DNA from: an uncultured Ruminococcus sp.
GTDB taxonomy: Bacteria; Bacillota; Clostridia; Oscillospirales; Acutalibacteraceae
Assembly: GCA_902785365.1 (NCBI GenBank)
Contig: CACZYC010000002.1
Coordinates: 5,011 to 69,010 of the forward strand
Reading direction: 5' to 3'
DNA length: 64,000 nucleotides
The notes beneath the pieces were generated by a model. It ran no database searches. It was not told where the DNA came from and worked only from the letters and a program-made list of their open reading frames with translations. The translations under genes and the position numbers were made by a program. Below are positions 1 to 11,773 of the stretch, piece by piece; the stretch's first letter is position 1; every line of letters starts with the position of its first letter.

Positions 1-2266
1 CGGCTTCCTTAACCACAGGGTCAATCTCCTCAACGTCAGGCATATTATCTTTGGGTATATAAACAGTGTTTATGCCCGCTTTATACGCCGCCATAGCTTT
101 TTCTTTTAATCCGCCGATAGGAAGGATTTTACCTCTCAGAGTAATCTCACCCGTCATGGCGATATCACGCTTTACAGGTCTCATAGAAAGCGCTGAATAG
201 ATAGCTGTAGCCATTGTGATACCCGCGGAAGGTCCGTCTTTGGGAACCGCGCCCTCGGGAGCGTGGAGGTGTATATCCTTTGTTTTATAAAAGTCGGGAT
301 TGACACCGAGTTGAGCGGCGTGCGAACGTATACAACTGATAGCCGCGTGCGCGCTTTCCTGCATAACATCTCCGAGTGAACCTGTAAGGCTTACCTTTCC
401 TGTCCCATCCATTACAGCTATTTCCATAGGAAGCATTGTGCCTCCCACGGAAGTCCACGCCAAACCGTTGACAAGTCCTATTTCGTCCTTATCTTCGAGT
501 TTATCGAGATTATATTTCTTAACTCCGAGATAATCGGAAATGTTCTTGTCTGTGAATCTTATTGACTCCTCTTCCCCATTGACATACTTAACGGCAAATT
601 TCCTTATAGCTTTTGCGATTTCGTGTTCAAGTCGTCTCACGCCCGCTTCTTTGGTATAATTATCTATCATAGTATATATAGCGGCGGGAGCGAATTTGAC
701 AACCTTAGCCGAAAGACCGTTCTCGTTTAGCTGCTTGGGAATCAAGTGCTTTTTTGCTATATTGAACTTTTCCTCACGAGTATAGCTGTCAATATGGATA
801 ATCTCCATCCTGTCATAAAGCGGAGCTGGAATTGTAGAAGCGTCGTTAGCGGTAGTTATAAAGAAAACTTTTGACAAATCAAACGGAATATCAATATAGT
901 GGTCTACAAATTTATTGTTCTGCTCAGCGTCAAGCACTTCAAGTAGCGCGGACGAAGGGTCGCCCTTATAATCGGAGCCGAGCTTATCCACTTCATCAAG
1001 AATGAGCAGCGGATTATTTGACCCCGCGGTCTTTACGGCAGCCATAATTCTGCCGGGCATTGCGCCTATATATGTACGTCTGTGACCACGGATTTCAGCT
1101 TCGTCGTGCACGCCGCCTAAAGCAATCCTGGCGGATTTTCTGCCTATAGCTTTAGCAACGGACTGAGCGATTGAAGTTTTGCCTACGCCTGGAGGTCCAA
1201 CCAAACAAAGAATTTGTCCTTTGATGTCAGGGTTAAGTTTACGCACAGCAAGCTGTTCAATGATACGTTCTTTGACTTTGGATAAGCCATAATGATTTTT
1301 ATCAAGCTTGCTCTTTACAGCTTTAAGATTAAGCTTGTCCTTTGTACTTGTGTTCCAAGGAAGATCCAAAACAGCATCAATATAGGTTTTAATAACCGCT
1401 GTTTCCTGACTGCCAAACGGCATTTTGGACATCTTCTTACATTCTTTAATCAAGGTGGTCTCAGAAGATTCATCCAGTTTTAACGCTTTAATCTTTTCGA
1501 TATATTCATCTGCTTCGGAAGAAAGGCTCTCCCCTTCTCCGAGCTCAGATTCAATGATATTGCGCTGTTCACGCAAGAAATATTCTCTTTGCTGCTCGTC
1601 AATACGCTCACGCGCCTTGAGGCTGATTTCATCCTCAATTTCAAGAATATAAATCTCCTGATTGAGCATATCAACAAGAGTTTCAAGTCTTTCGGTAACG
1701 TCGATAGTTTCAAGAATAAGCTGTTTATCATGATATTCGGGAATGGCGTTCGCTGTGATAAAATCAGCAAGTTCTCCCCCGTTATCACTCATGGCAACCT
1801 TGAAAAGCACATCGGAAGAAAGCTTTGAAACATACTTGGAATATGTTTCAAATAATTCCTTAACAGTGCGTATCAGCGCAATCTCATGTGTTGTAGCCGC
1901 GCTTTCTAATTCATTAACAGCCTCAACCTGCGCAAATAAACACTTTTCATTATTAAGATATTCCAGAATATGCGCTCTCTGCTGCCCTTCTACAATTACT
2001 CTTGTAGTGCCGTCGGGCTGTTTAATTACCTGAACAATATTAGCTATAACTCCCATCGTGTAAAGCTCTGAGGGAATCGGATCTTTAGCGGACGGGTTCT
2101 TCTGAGCCACAAGAAAAATCTTCTGTTCATTCCTCATAGCTATATTTATAGCTTTTTGTGATTTATCTCTGCCTACATCAAAGTGCAAGAGAGTTTTAGG
2201 GAAAACGACAAGTCCTCGAAGCGGCAATACAGGAAGATTGAGGATATCGTTATTTATCTGTTTCAT
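1..2266 (-). CDS. lon: Lon ATP-dependent protease (3' end runs off the window; absent from the ORF track)
   Basis: Manual translation from ATG 2266 (SD TAAGGAG): [23 protein letters not shown]; Walker [18 protein letters not shown], catalytic Ser motif PKDGPSAG; follows clpX. Confidence 0.96.
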   Translation of the reverse strand, partial: MKQINNDILNLPVLPLRGLVVFPKTLLHFDVGRDKSQKAINIAMRNEQKIFLVAQKNPSAKDPIPSELYTMGVIANIVQVIKQPDGTTRVIVEGQQRAHILEYLNNEKCLFAQVEAVNELESAATTHEIALIRTVKELFETYSKYVSKLSSDVLFKVAMSDNGGELADFITANAIPEYHDKQLILETIDVTERLETLVDMLNQEIYILEIEDEISLKARERIDEQQREYFLREQRNIIESELGEGESLSSEADEYIEKIKALKLDESSETTLIKECKKMSKMPFGSQETAVIKTYIDAVLDLPWNTSTKDKLNLKAVKSKLDKNHYGLSKVKERIIEQLAVRKLNPDIKGQILCLVGPPGVGKTSIAQSVAKAIGRKSARIALGGVHDEAEIRGHRRTYIGAMPGRIMAAVKTAGSNNPLLILDEVDKLGSDYKGDPSSALLEVLDAEQNNKFVDHYIDIPFDLSKVFFITTANDASTIPAPLYDRMEIIHIDSYTREEKFNIAKKHLIPKQLNENGLSAKVVKFAPAAIYTMIDNYTKEAGVRRLEHEIAKAIRKFAVKYVNGEEESIRFTDKNISDYLGVKKYNLDKLEDKDEIGLVNGLAWTSVGGTMLPMEIAVMDGTGKVSLTGSLGDVMQESAHAAISCIRSHAAQLGVNPDFYKTKDIHLHAPEGAVPKDGPSAGITMATAIYSALSMRPVKRDIAMTGEITLRGKILPIGGLKEKAMAAYKAGINTVYIPKDNMPDVEEIDPVVKEA

Positions 2267-2290
2267 TATGTTACTCCTTAAAATCCAAAA

Positions 2291-2328
2291 GCTGTAGTGT
2301 AAAATCAAAGTTGAGTTTACATTACAGC
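2291..2328 (-). terminator. Intrinsic terminator-like hairpin between clpX and lon
   Basis: 13-bp inverted repeat gctgtagtgtaaa / tttacattacagc (one mismatch) followed by TTTT on the minus strand. Confidence 0.55.
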
Positions 2329-2338
2329 AAATAGACTG

Positions 2339-3649
2339 TTAAGATACTTCTTCAGCGTCGATGACTTTCGAGTTCGAATTCGGACTCAATTTGGGTCTGA
2401 TACCGTCGCGGATAACCTCTGGTTCAGCATTGTCATCAACTACGTCTTTATGAATGATTATCTTTGTAATACTTTCGTCTGAAGGAACTTCAAACATCAA
2501 ATCATTAAGAATTCCTTCCATTATTCCACGCAAACCTCTCGCGCCTGTTTTTTGTTCTTTGGCAAGATTTGCCACGGAATTTAAAGCGTCATCCGTAAAT
2601 TCAAGCTCTACTCCATCAAGCGCAAAAAGTCGTTTGTATTGTTTTACAATTGAGTTTTTAGGCTCTGTAAGGATTCTGACAAGTGCTTCTGTGTCAAGAC
2701 CATTAAGAGCTGTAATAACGGGAATACGACCTACAAGCTCAGGTATAATGCCGAATTTAACAAGGTCGTGCGCGACTACATCATCCATCCAGCCTGTTTC
2801 GTCAAGAACAGCTTTCTCCTGAACATTAGCACCAAAACCGACAATTGAAGCGCCTTTACGCTTTTCTACGATTTTTTCAAGCCCGTCAAACGCTCCGCCG
2901 CAGATAAACAGGATATCCTTTGTATTAATCTGTAAGAACTCCTGCTGCGGATGCTTTCTTCCGCCTGAGGGCGGAACATTGGAGACAGTACCTTCGAGAA
3001 TTTTCAGCAAAGCCTGCTGAACGCCCTCGCCGCTTACATCACGTGTGATGGACGGATTCTCGGACTTGCGCGCGATTTTATCTATTTCATCGATATAAAT
3101 AATACCGCGTTCAGCCTTCTCAATGTCGAAATCAGCCGCCTGTATGAGCTTGAGCAGAATGTTTTCAACGTCCTCACCGACATAACCAGCCTCAGTGAGA
3201 GTAGTAGCGTCGGCAATCGCAAAAGGAACATCCAACGCTTTAGCTAAAGTCTGCGCGAGCAAAGTCTTTCCGACACCCGTAGGTCCGAGCAAAAGAACGT
3301 TACTCTTAACAAACTCGATATCGTCATCATTGTTAAAAACTCTCTTATAATGATTATAAACAGCTACGCTGAGGGATTTTTTAGCTTTTTCCTGACCTAT
3401 TACATAATCGTCAAGAATCTCCTTAATCTCAGCCGGTTTTAATAACTGCGGAATCTCTATGCTGTTGTTATTAACGTCTTCTTTTTTGCTCTCAAAGTCT
3501 ACATCGGCGTCCTCAAGAATATTGACGCAAAGGTCGATACACTGGTCGCATATATACACTCCGTTGCCGCCTTTTACAAGACGACCGACAAATTCCTGCG
3601 GCTTACCGCAAAATGAGCAATAAATGTTGTTGTCGGCATTGTTAGGCAT
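2339..3649 (-). CDS. clpX: ClpX ATP-binding subunit
   Basis: N-terminal C4 zinc finger CSFCGK...CDQC, Walker [29 protein letters not shown]. Confidence 0.98.
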   Translation of the reverse strand: MPNNADNNIYCSFCGKPQEFVGRLVKGGNGVYICDQCIDLCVNILEDADVDFESKKEDVNNNSIEIPQLLKPAEIKEILDDYVIGQEKAKKSLSVAVYNHYKRVFNNDDDIEFVKSNVLLLGPTGVGKTLLAQTLAKALDVPFAIADATTLTEAGYVGEDVENILLKLIQAADFDIEKAERGIIYIDEIDKIARKSENPSITRDVSGEGVQQALLKILEGTVSNVPPSGGRKHPQQEFLQINTKDILFICGGAFDGLEKIVEKRKGASIVGFGANVQEKAVLDETGWMDDVVAHDLVKFGIIPELVGRIPVITALNGLDTEALVRILTEPKNSIVKQYKRLFALDGVELEFTDDALNSVANLAKEQKTGARGLRGIMEGILNDLMFEVPSDESITKIIIHKDVVDDNAEPEVIRDGIRPKLSPNSNSKVIDAEEVS

Positions 3650-3661
3650 AATTAACCTCGC

Positions 3662-4243
3662 TTATCTTTTTTCAAACACCTTGTCAATCAATCCATACTC
3701 CAGCGCTTGCTGAGCGGTCATAAAGTTATCGCGATTTGTGTCTTTAGCGATAACGTCAACGGGCTGTCCTGTGTTATCAGCCAGAATCTGGTTCAGCCTC
3801 TTTTTCATATCAAGAATATGCTGAGTATGAATCTCCATATCAGTAGCCTGACCCTGGGCGCCGCCTGAGGGCTGATGAATCATTATATCAGAATTAGGCA
3901 GAGCGTATCGCTTGCCCTTAGCGCCTGCCGCAAGAAGGAACGCGCCCATACTTGCTGCCATACCCATACAAATTGTGCTTACATCACATTTAATATAGTT
4001 CATAGTGTCGTAGATAGCGAATCCGTCTGTTACACTTCCGCCGGGACTGTTGATGTACAGGCTGATATCCTTTGTGGGATCCTGAGCCTCAAGGTACAAA
4101 AGCTGGGCCACGATTACGCTGGCGCTGGCGCTGTTAACCTCTTCATGCAACATAATAATTCTATCGTTTAAAAGGCGGGAGTAAATATCATATGAACGCT
4201 CGCCTCGGTTAGTTTGTTCAACTACATAAGGAATTAATGCCAC
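3662..4243 (-). CDS. clpP: ClpP proteolytic subunit (GTG start)
   Basis: [27 protein letters not shown] motifs. Confidence 0.98.
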   Translation of the reverse strand: MALIPYVVEQTNRGERSYDIYSRLLNDRIIMLHEEVNSASASVIVAQLLYLEAQDPTKDISLYINSPGGSVTDGFAIYDTMNYIKCDVSTICMGMAASMGAFLLAAGAKGKRYALPNSDIMIHQPSGGAQGQATDMEIHTQHILDMKKRLNQILADNTGQPVDVIAKDTNRDNFMTAQQALEYGLIDKVFEKR

Positions 4244-4296
4244 GTTAATTCATCCTTTCTAAAATAATAATTAACTGTTTATTGTAATTTATTCAA

Positions 4297-5577
4297 TTAT
4301 TTTACTTTTGCGTTATCGCGTACAACCTGCATTGCCTTCTCAACCTTGATATCCTCGGAGAGAGCCTCGGGAGCGATGAAGTTCTTAACTTCTTCGGCTT
4401 TCATGCTGTAAGCGTCCGCAAGCTTCTTGTATTCGTTCTCGATATCCTCTTCGGAAACTTCAATCTTTTCCTGGCGGGCAATAGCTTCAAGAGCAAGACG
4501 AATCTTAACGCGCTTTTCAGCCTGAGGCTTGTATGTCGCCTCGATAGCGCCCTGGTCCATACCAGTGTACTTGAGATATGTGCCGAGATCCATACCCTGC
4601 TGGCGAAGTCTCATATCAAACTCGTTTAGCATATCTCTAACTTCGTTATCAAACATAACCTCGGGGATTTCCTCGGTAACAAGTTCATTGACAGCATCTG
4701 TAAGCTTATCATCAAAATCCTTATCAGCCTGATCTTCCAAACGCTTTGCGATAGTTTCTTTGAGTTCTTCTTTATACTCGTCAAGAGTGTCTTTCTCGGA
4801 AACGTCCTTAACAAACTCGTCATCGACCTCGGGAAGCTCCTTAGTCTTGATTTCGTGAATCTTAATCTTAAACTGAGCGTCTTTGCCCGCAAGATTCTCG
4901 GCGTTATAATCCTCGGGGAATTTCACATCAATAGTAAACTCCTCACCGGTTGAATGACCTACAAGAGCTTCTTCGAAACCGGGAATAAAGTTACCGTCGC
5001 CCAGCTTGAGGTTATAGTTCTCAGCTTTGCCGCCTTCAAAAGCTTCACCGTCACAGAAACCTTCAAAGTCGATAACTGTAGTGTCGCCGTTCTCGGCGGG
5101 TCTGTCCTCAACAGTTACCATTCTGCCGTTACGCTCTCTCACTGCCTGAAGCTCTTCTTCTACAAGTTCGTCAGTAACTTCTGTTGAAAGCTTTTCAACT
5201 TCAATACCCTTATATCCGTCAATTGTGAGCTCGGGGGCAACAATAACAACAGCTGTGAAAGAATAACCGTCCTCGGAAACATCGTTGATTTTGATATCAT
5301 CAACACCTACAGCTTTGAGCTCCGCTTCGGCTGTAGCCTCAGAAAGAGCCTTGGGATATGTATCCTCGATAGCGTCCTCATAGAAAACGTTTTTACCGTA
5401 CATTTTCTCGATTATATGCTTGGGAGCTTTACCCTTTCTGAAACCGGGAATGTTGATATTTTTAACCTGTTTTTTGTAAACTTTTGTTGTCGCGTTTGAA
5501 AAAGTTTCCTTATCAACCGCAACCTCTAATTCATATTTGTTAGCTTCTTCTAATTTTGTAGACTTTGTTAAACTCAT
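4297..5577 (-). CDS. tig: Trigger factor
   Basis: Ribosome-binding GFRKGKAP motif and FKBP domain; start moved to ATG 5577 behind GGAGG. Confidence 0.96.
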   Translation of the reverse strand: MSLTKSTKLEEANKYELEVAVDKETFSNATTKVYKKQVKNINIPGFRKGKAPKHIIEKMYGKNVFYEDAIEDTYPKALSEATAEAELKAVGVDDIKINDVSEDGYSFTAVVIVAPELTIDGYKGIEVEKLSTEVTDELVEEELQAVRERNGRMVTVEDRPAENGDTTVIDFEGFCDGEAFEGGKAENYNLKLGDGNFIPGFEEALVGHSTGEEFTIDVKFPEDYNAENLAGKDAQFKIKIHEIKTKELPEVDDEFVKDVSEKDTLDEYKEELKETIAKRLEDQADKDFDDKLTDAVNELVTEEIPEVMFDNEVRDMLNEFDMRLRQQGMDLGTYLKYTGMDQGAIEATYKPQAEKRVKIRLALEAIARQEKIEVSEEDIENEYKKLADAYSMKAEEVKNFIAPEALSEDIKVEKAMQVVRDNAKVK

Positions 5578-5609
5578 TTTAATCCTCCATAAAAGTTTGT
5601 ACGCCAATT

Positions 5610-5638
5610 ATTATAACATTACGCTGATAATATGGCAA
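5610..5638 (-). promoter_or_regulatory. SigA-type promoter of tig-clpP-clpX
   Basis: TTGCCA (5633-5638), 17-bp spacer, TATAAT (5610-5615). Confidence 0.65.
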
Positions 5639-5659
5639 TATATATTTATTTAGTTTTGC

Positions 5660-6349
5660 TTATCGTACCAATGAAGGCATAAAGCCCAGCGCGTCGCACG
5701 AAATAAGCTTAAAATTTATACCTTTGTAATTGCCGTTAAAAGCGGCTTTAATCAAATTTGTACCGTGAATATGACCGTAATAACATTTTTTGACATTATA
5801 TTCAATCAGCAAATCAATAATATCATCCTGAACCTGAGTACCGAAAATCGGCGGATAATGCAAAAAAACAATTGGTTCTTTACCGATTTCTTTAGCGGAT
5901 TCCAGAGACATTCTCAGACGCCCGCACTCGCGTGAAAGTATCTTTTTATCATCCTCGGTATCACTATCAAGCGTCCAGCCTCTTGTACCGCAAACAGTGT
6001 AATCATCGACCGAAAAGCTGTTATTAAATAAGACTTTAATGGTGTTAAATTCATGCTCTGACAAGTTACGGTTAATCTTACTGACCGTATCCCACCAATA
6101 ATCGTGGTTACCTTTTAAAAGAATTTTTTTACCGGGCAGATTGTTGATAAATTCAAAATCCTTTTCGGTTTCACTAAGCTTCATTGCCCAGGAAATATCC
6201 CCCGCGATAACTACCGTATCGTCATCGGCTATAATCTTACGCCAGTTTTCATTCAGCTTATCTACATAATTGTCCCAACCGCTGAAAACATCCATGGGCT
6301 TGTCTGTACCAAGCGACAGATGAAGGTCTGCTATTGTAAAAAGCGACAT
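5660..6349 (-). CDS. Calcineurin-like metallophosphoesterase
   Basis: ADLH, GD, GNHD and GHIH metal-binding motifs. Confidence 0.85.
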   Translation of the reverse strand: MSLFTIADLHLSLGTDKPMDVFSGWDNYVDKLNENWRKIIADDDTVVIAGDISWAMKLSETEKDFEFINNLPGKKILLKGNHDYWWDTVSKINRNLSEHEFNTIKVLFNNSFSVDDYTVCGTRGWTLDSDTEDDKKILSRECGRLRMSLESAKEIGKEPIVFLHYPPIFGTQVQDDIIDLLIEYNVKKCYYGHIHGTNLIKAAFNGNYKGINFKLISCDALGFMPSLVR

Positions 6350-7858
6350 TTATTTGATACCTAAGCTGTCCAGAACATAGTTGGGCATATCTTCAACGTT
6401 GATAGTATCAGAGAATCTTACCTGTTTGTTCTTTAATGAAGCGAGAGGCGCCGGAATATCAACCTTTGTAATATCGTTGAGCATATCAACCATATCGAAC
6501 TCACTATCGGGGATATCATTACCCTCATTAACAGCGGAAAGCACTGATTTAGAGAACTTATACGGACTTGCCGTAGAAGCGATTACCGTAGGTGTTTTGT
6601 CACCAGTCTCCTGAACATACTTGTCATAAACATTGACAGCGACCGCTGTGTGAGTATCGCAGAGATAATTCTCGTCTTTATACATTTTGGCGATAGTTTC
6701 TTTTGTCGCTCTGTCATCGCAGAAACCGCCGTAAAACGCATTTGAAACAGCATCTTTAACTTCGGGAGTTACTTCGTATTTACCTTCGGTTTTAAGTTTA
6801 GACATACAATCTTTTGTAAACTCATCATTGTCGTTTGACAGCTTATATAGCAGTCTCTCCAGATTAGATGAAACAAGAATGTCCATAGAAGGTGAAATTG
6901 TCGTATAAAACTGACGGTTCTTGTCATATACGCCGGTATTTATAAAGTCGGTCAAAACGTTATTGGAGTTTGACGCGCAAATAAACTTATTAATCGGGAG
7001 CCCCATACAAAACGCGTAATATGAAGCGAGAATGTTACCGAAGTTTCCTGTTGGAACAACAACGTTCATTTTATCGCCGAGAGCGATCTTACCACTGTTG
7101 ACCATTTCACAGTAAGCCGCTATGTAATAAACAATCTGTGGAAGAAGTCTGCCCCAGTTGATTGAATTGGCAGAGCTGAACATCATATTGTTCTTCTCGA
7201 GCTTCTCAGAAATTTCATGCGTGGTGAATATCTTCTTAACTCCTGTCTGAGCGTCGTCAAAGTTACCCTCTATCGCGCAAACCTTAACGTTAGAACCTTC
7301 CTGAGTATTCATCTGGTGCTTCTGCATCGGACTTACACCCTGAGCGGGATAAAAGACAATAATCTTTGTATGTTCTACGTCCTTAAACCCTTCAAGAGCG
7401 GCTTTACCTGTATCGCCGGAAGTAGCAACCAAAATTACAGCGTCTTTACCATCGTTAGTCTTTTTCAACGACTTAGTAAGCAAATGAGGAAGAATCTGTA
7501 ACGCCATATCTTTAAACGCGCAAGTAGGGCCATGCCAAAGCTCTAATATATTAGCATCAATGCCGTTATACTTTTTTGCAACTAAAGGCGCCGGGTTGTC
7601 TGAACCGAATTTAGTGTCGGTATACGCTTTATTGACACAATCTTCAATCTCTTCGGCAGTAAAATCAGACAAATAATCCGAAAAAACTTTTTTAGCTATT
7701 CCTTTATAATCAAGCTGAAGCAAATCCTTAATTGTATTGATATCATACTCGGGGATTTCCTGCGGTACAAACAGTCCGCCGTCCTTTGAAATACCCTGAG
7801 CGATAGCCTGAGAAGCGCTTACAACTTCTTTTTTGTTTTCGGTGCTGTTATATAGCAT
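6350..7858 (-). CDS. thrC: Threonine synthase
   Basis: ELWHGPTCAFKD PLP-lysine motif, ATSGDTG, SANSINWGR, VPTGNFGN; ATG 7858 preferred over TTG 7861. Confidence 0.93.
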   Translation of the reverse strand: MLYNSTENKKEVVSASQAIAQGISKDGGLFVPQEIPEYDINTIKDLLQLDYKGIAKKVFSDYLSDFTAEEIEDCVNKAYTDTKFGSDNPAPLVAKKYNGIDANILELWHGPTCAFKDMALQILPHLLTKSLKKTNDGKDAVILVATSGDTGKAALEGFKDVEHTKIIVFYPAQGVSPMQKHQMNTQEGSNVKVCAIEGNFDDAQTGVKKIFTTHEISEKLEKNNMMFSSANSINWGRLLPQIVYYIAAYCEMVNSGKIALGDKMNVVVPTGNFGNILASYYAFCMGLPINKFICASNSNNVLTDFINTGVYDKNRQFYTTISPSMDILVSSNLERLLYKLSNDNDEFTKDCMSKLKTEGKYEVTPEVKDAVSNAFYGGFCDDRATKETIAKMYKDENYLCDTHTAVAVNVYDKYVQETGDKTPTVIASTASPYKFSKSVLSAVNEGNDIPDSEFDMVDMLNDITKVDIPAPLASLKNKQVRFSDTINVEDMPNYVLDSLGIK

Positions 7859-7898
7859 CAAATCACCCTTTCAACAACTTTATATTTTACTATAAAAG

Positions 7899-8831
7899 TC
7901 AGTATTTGTCAAAGTTTTCGAGGAATTTATATGCGTTTTCAAAAAATATCTTATCAATTAGTTTTTCGCTGTAATTATGTTTTAAAAAAAGCTCGTAAAT
8001 TCGCGCGATAGAATCAATTCCCTTTATGTCATCGGGTAGCTCGCAACCGTCAAAATCAGCTCCGAAAGCAAGAACATCTTCTCCGTCCATTGACAGGAAA
8101 TGATCTGTATGTTTTAAAATATCATACATTGACGCCTCATCAGACTTATTGTTGATAAAAAACTTATGTAAATTTATACCGACTAAACCGTTTCTTTTCC
8201 TGATAATTTCAAATTGTTCATCTGTCAGATTACGCTTATTATCGGTGATAAACCGAGAATTTGAATGTGTGGCGATAATCGGTTTTGTTGTATTTGATAC
8301 CACATCATAAAATAATCTGTCGCTGGCGTGAGAAACATCAATAACGATATTGTTACATTCAAGTTCTTTTATAACTTTTAAGCCAAACGGAGTAATACCG
8401 TTTGAATGCGAAACCATTACACCGTCACCGAGTTCGTTCCTTCCATTCCAGGTCAATGTGACAATTTTAACACCAAATTCTTTGAACAGTTCAAAATTCT
8501 CGATTTTTCCGCCTAACACGGATGCATTCTCAACTGTAAAAACAGCGCCCTTTCCCCTGTTTTCGGTTACTTGTTTTAAATCGCTAAAGGATTTGATAAC
8601 TGTGATATCGAACTTTTTGCACTGTTCTAATAAACGTTTATAAGCGCTTTTAAACATATTTGTAGCATTTTCGCCGGATAATTCTTCAGGAACGCAAATA
8701 GCGAAACATTGAACATAAGGAGATAAATAATGAGATTTCTTTGGAGTAATGTGCAAATCAGGGTTAGAGATATCGCAGGCTCTAACAAGGGATTCGTAAA
8801 TAGTATCACAATGTAAATCAAAATACCGCAT
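7899..8831 (-). CDS. Membrane dipeptidase (M19 family)
   Basis: DLHCDT, VEN, DVSH, ATHSN, GADFDG motifs; ATG 8831 behind AAGGAG. Confidence 0.85.
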   Translation of the reverse strand: MRYFDLHCDTIYESLVRACDISNPDLHITPKKSHYLSPYVQCFAICVPEELSGENATNMFKSAYKRLLEQCKKFDITVIKSFSDLKQVTENRGKGAVFTVENASVLGGKIENFELFKEFGVKIVTLTWNGRNELGDGVMVSHSNGITPFGLKVIKELECNNIVIDVSHASDRLFYDVVSNTTKPIIATHSNSRFITDNKRNLTDEQFEIIRKRNGLVGINLHKFFINNKSDEASMYDILKHTDHFLSMDGEDVLAFGADFDGCELPDDIKGIDSIARIYELFLKHNYSEKLIDKIFFENAYKFLENFDKY

Positions 8832-9198
8832 AATCTTCTCCTTCTTGCCAAAAGGCATTATCTATGTAGTTTATGCTCATTTTTCCTTTATCATTCACTA
8901 TTACTTCAGCTATGTCATAACGAGGCTGTTTTTTGATTTTGTATCTTTTTATATACTCGTTGGATGCCGCGAAGATTCTGCGTTGTTTTCTCTTATCAAC
9001 CGAAAGCGAAGGTTCAAGCATCTGTCCTTCTGTTCTTGTTTTAACTTCAACAAAAACTATATATCTTGATTTTTCCGCAATTATATCTATTTCGCCGAGT
9101 TTAGTGGAAAAATTAGTATAAATAATACTGTATTTTTTCTTTTTTAAATATTTTACGGCGAATTTTTCGCCTTTTTTTCCTAGAGCTTGTTTATCCAT
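8818..9198 (-). CDS. yraN: YraN (UPF0102) family nuclease-fold protein
   Basis: LGKKGE...GEIDII...VFVEVKTR...RYDIAEV pattern; follows rnhB. Confidence 0.9.
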   Translation of the reverse strand: MDKQALGKKGEKFAVKYLKKKKYSIIYTNFSTKLGEIDIIAEKSRYIVFVEVKTRTEGQMLEPSLSVDKRKQRRIFAASNEYIKRYKIKKQPRYDIAEVIVNDKGKMSINYIDNAFWQEGEDYAVF

Positions 9199-9796
9199 TG
9201 TTTAGTATTTTTTTCAAAAAGCTGAGTCTGTGTATTTCACACGGCCCATATTTGAGAATAGCCTCTGCATGTGCTTTTGTTCCGTAACCTTTATGTTTAT
9301 CAAAACCATATTCGGGGTATTTTTCAGCATATTCATAGCACAATCTGTCACGGCTGACTTTCGCAAGAATAGAAGCGGCAGCTATGGACATGGACTTTGC
9401 GTCACCTTTGATAACATATTCGCCCTGAATATCAATCGGCGGAAATCTGTTTCCGTCAATCAAAGCATAGTCAACTTTGGTATTCAAGCCATCCACAGCG
9501 CGCTTCATTGCAAGCATAGTTGCGTTAAGGATATTTATTTCTTCAATTTCTTCAACTGTTGAAAAAGCGATTGAGTAGTCAAGAGCCTCATTTTTAATAA
9601 CTTCAAAGAGAACTTCACGTTTCTTTTCCGTAAGTTTCTTTGAATCATTTACACCCTCAATTATCTGATTATCATGCAGAATTACAGCAGCAGCGCAAAC
9701 AGGCCCCGCAAGGGGACCTCTACCCGCTTCATCAACTCCGCAAATATTAACGAAGCCTTTATTCTTGGCTTCTTTTTCGTATAGTAACCAATCCAT
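9191..9796 (-). CDS. rnhB: Ribonuclease HII
   Basis: GVDEAGRGPLAGPV, DSKKL, IDGN, KGD, ASILAK, HKGYGT. Confidence 0.97.
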   Translation of the reverse strand: MDWLLYEKEAKNKGFVNICGVDEAGRGPLAGPVCAAAVILHDNQIIEGVNDSKKLTEKKREVLFEVIKNEALDYSIAFSTVEEIEEINILNATMLAMKRAVDGLNTKVDYALIDGNRFPPIDIQGEYVIKGDAKSMSIAAASILAKVSRDRLCYEYAEKYPEYGFDKHKGYGTKAHAEAILKYGPCEIHRLSFLKKILNNG

Positions 9797-10671
9797 CAGT
9801 CAATCTCCTTGGGATATTCAAGTGTAATATTTCCGAATTTTCCGTCTCGGTATTCATCGAGAACGAGAGCGGCAGCTCGTTCAGTATTAATTTCTCCTCC
9901 TGAAATAAGCATACCTCTTCTGCGGCCTATAAGCTGTAAGAGTTCATAAGAATCATTAGAATCCAAATCATCAGTTGTCAATTTAAATCTTTCAAGAAAC
10001 TTATCGGTAGGATGCATTTTCATATTATACAGAAAATCAACAGCAAGCAGTTCTATGTCAAGAATATTATCCTTAATTGCGCCTGTAAATGCCAGATTTT
10101 CGCCAACTTTTTGATCGTCGAATTTAGGCCATAACACACCCGGGGTATCAAGCATTTCCAAATCTTTTGAAATGGTGTACCACTGATTTCCTCTTGTAAC
10201 GCCCGGTCTGTCCTCAACTTTGGCGCGGCTTTGTTTGGAAACACGGTTAATAAACGAGGACTTACCAACGTTGGGAATCCCGACAATCATAACTCTGAGA
10301 ATTGGATTTTTTATTCCTTTAGCTTGCTGAGCCTTAAATTTTTTATCAAGAATTTTTCTTACGGAAGGCACAAACTGATTTAGCCCCTTACCTGTTTTGC
10401 AATCAACGGGAAGCGCAGTAATGCCATTTTGAGCGTAGTAATCCACCCATAACTGCGTTGCTTTTCTGTCAGCTTTATCGCATTTGTTAAGCAACACTAG
10501 CTTAGGTTTGGACTGCAGCATCTCCTTTAAATCGGGATTACTGCTGCTTACGGGAATTCTGGCGTCAATTATTTCCACAACAACATCAATCAACTTCAGA
10601 GAAGCTTGAATCTGACGTTTTGTTTTCGTCATATGTCCGGGGAACCACTGTATATTTTGCTTATTATCCAT
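9796..10671 (-). CDS. rbgA: Ribosome biogenesis GTPase RbgA/YlqF
   Basis: IQWFPGHM, NKCD, GIPNVGKSS, DTPG; start moved to ATG 10671. Confidence 0.96.
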   Translation of the reverse strand: MDNKQNIQWFPGHMTKTKRQIQASLKLIDVVVEIIDARIPVSSSNPDLKEMLQSKPKLVLLNKCDKADRKATQLWVDYYAQNGITALPVDCKTGKGLNQFVPSVRKILDKKFKAQQAKGIKNPILRVMIVGIPNVGKSSFINRVSKQSRAKVEDRPGVTRGNQWYTISKDLEMLDTPGVLWPKFDDQKVGENLAFTGAIKDNILDIELLAVDFLYNMKMHPTDKFLERFKLTTDDLDSNDSYELLQLIGRRRGMLISGGEINTERAAALVLDEYRDGKFGNITLEYPKEID

Positions 10672-10699
10672 ATATAAGTCACCTATCCGTAAATTGAAC

Positions 10700-10725
10700 A
10701 AAACCCACATAAAAATGTGGGTTTT
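10700..10725 (-). terminator. Terminator-like hairpin after lepB
   Basis: Perfect inverted repeat aaaacccacat-aaaa-atgtgggtttt. Confidence 0.6.
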
Positions 10726-10728
10726 AGA

Positions 10729-11358
10729 TTAATATAAATATTTAATGCTGTTGAACGGAAAAACAACCACCTGTGCTTTTCCGATTATGTCATTGACATC
10801 TATCAAACCGATTTCTTTGGAACGGCTGTCAAGAGAAACACCTCTGTTATCACCCATTACAAACACTTTACCCTTTGGGATAATCTTGGGAATCTCTGCG
10901 TCCTCAGCATGAGTAAAGCCCTGGATATACGGTTCATCGATCTTTTTACCGTCAACATATACATAACCTTTATCAAAATCAATCGACAAAGTTTGTCCCT
11001 CTGTGGCAATAACACGTTTAATAATCGGGTCAGCGTACTCAGCTCCGTGGCTGATGACAATAATATCACCGTCGGAGGGAGTATAGAAGAAGTTAGTAAC
11101 AATAACTTTATCCTGATGTTTCAGTGTCGGAACCATAGAAGTACCGCTTACATCAACAAGACGCAGGAAGAACGTAAGGATAATAACAACAATAGCGACA
11201 GCAAAAACAAGCGAATGCACCCAATCATAAAGACTGGCGGTACCGCTGGATTTCTTGAGATGTATTGTTCTGGGTTCAACTTTACGTTTTTTGTTTTTTT
11301 GTTTTTTAGCGGGTTTTTCCACACGAGATTGAATTACCGCTTTGTTTTCTTTACTCAT
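10729..11358 (-). CDS. lepB: Signal peptidase I
   Basis: One TM segment, VSGTSMVPT (Ser), IKRVIA (Lys), GDNRGVSLDSR. Confidence 0.95.
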   Translation of the reverse strand: MSKENKAVIQSRVEKPAKKQKNKKRKVEPRTIHLKKSSGTASLYDWVHSLVFAVAIVVIILTFFLRLVDVSGTSMVPTLKHQDKVIVTNFFYTPSDGDIIVISHGAEYADPIIKRVIATEGQTLSIDFDKGYVYVDGKKIDEPYIQGFTHAEDAEIPKIIPKGKVFVMGDNRGVSLDSRSKEIGLIDVNDIIGKAQVVVFPFNSIKYLY

Positions 11359-11381
11359 AAAAACACCCTATTAAGGAAAGA

Positions 11382-11404
11382 AAGGGGCTTTAGAAAGCCC
11401 CCTT
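11382..11404 (-). terminator. Terminator after rplS
   Basis: GGGGCTT-4 nt-AAGCCCC stem followed by TTTCTTT on the minus strand. Confidence 0.6.
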
Positions 11405-11410
11405 GATTAA

Positions 11411-11752
11411 TTAGATTTGTTCTTTAACCTTGGCAGCCTTACCAACACGATCACGGAGATAATAGAGCTTAGCTCTTCTGACTTTACCGCGACGAACTAC
11501 ATCAACTTTCCTTACGTTCGGGGAATGCAGAGGAAATACTCTCTCTACACCAACACCGTAAGCAACACGTCTGACAGTAAAAGTCTCGGATACGCCCGAA
11601 CCTTTGCGTGCGATAACTGTGCCCTCAAACATCTGGATTCTTTCTCTTGAACCCTCGCGGATATTTACGGCAACTTTTACAGTGTCACCAATACCGAACA
11701 CGGGAGCTTCTGCCTTTACAGAATCGGCAGCAATTGTTTTTAATGCGTCCAT
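11411..11752 (-). CDS. rplS: 50S ribosomal protein L19
   Basis: [34 protein letters not shown]. Confidence 0.98.
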   Translation of the reverse strand: MDALKTIAADSVKAEAPVFGIGDTVKVAVNIREGSRERIQMFEGTVIARKGSGVSETFTVRRVAYGVGVERVFPLHSPNVRKVDVVRRGKVRRAKLYYLRDRVGKAAKVKEQI

Positions 11753-11773
11753 AATGAACCTCCTAAAATATTT

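Noticed and set aside
4244-5660. CtsR or CIRCE heat-shock operators near tig/clpP
   Set aside because: No GGTCAAA direct repeat or CIRCE inverted repeat was visible in the intergenic gaps
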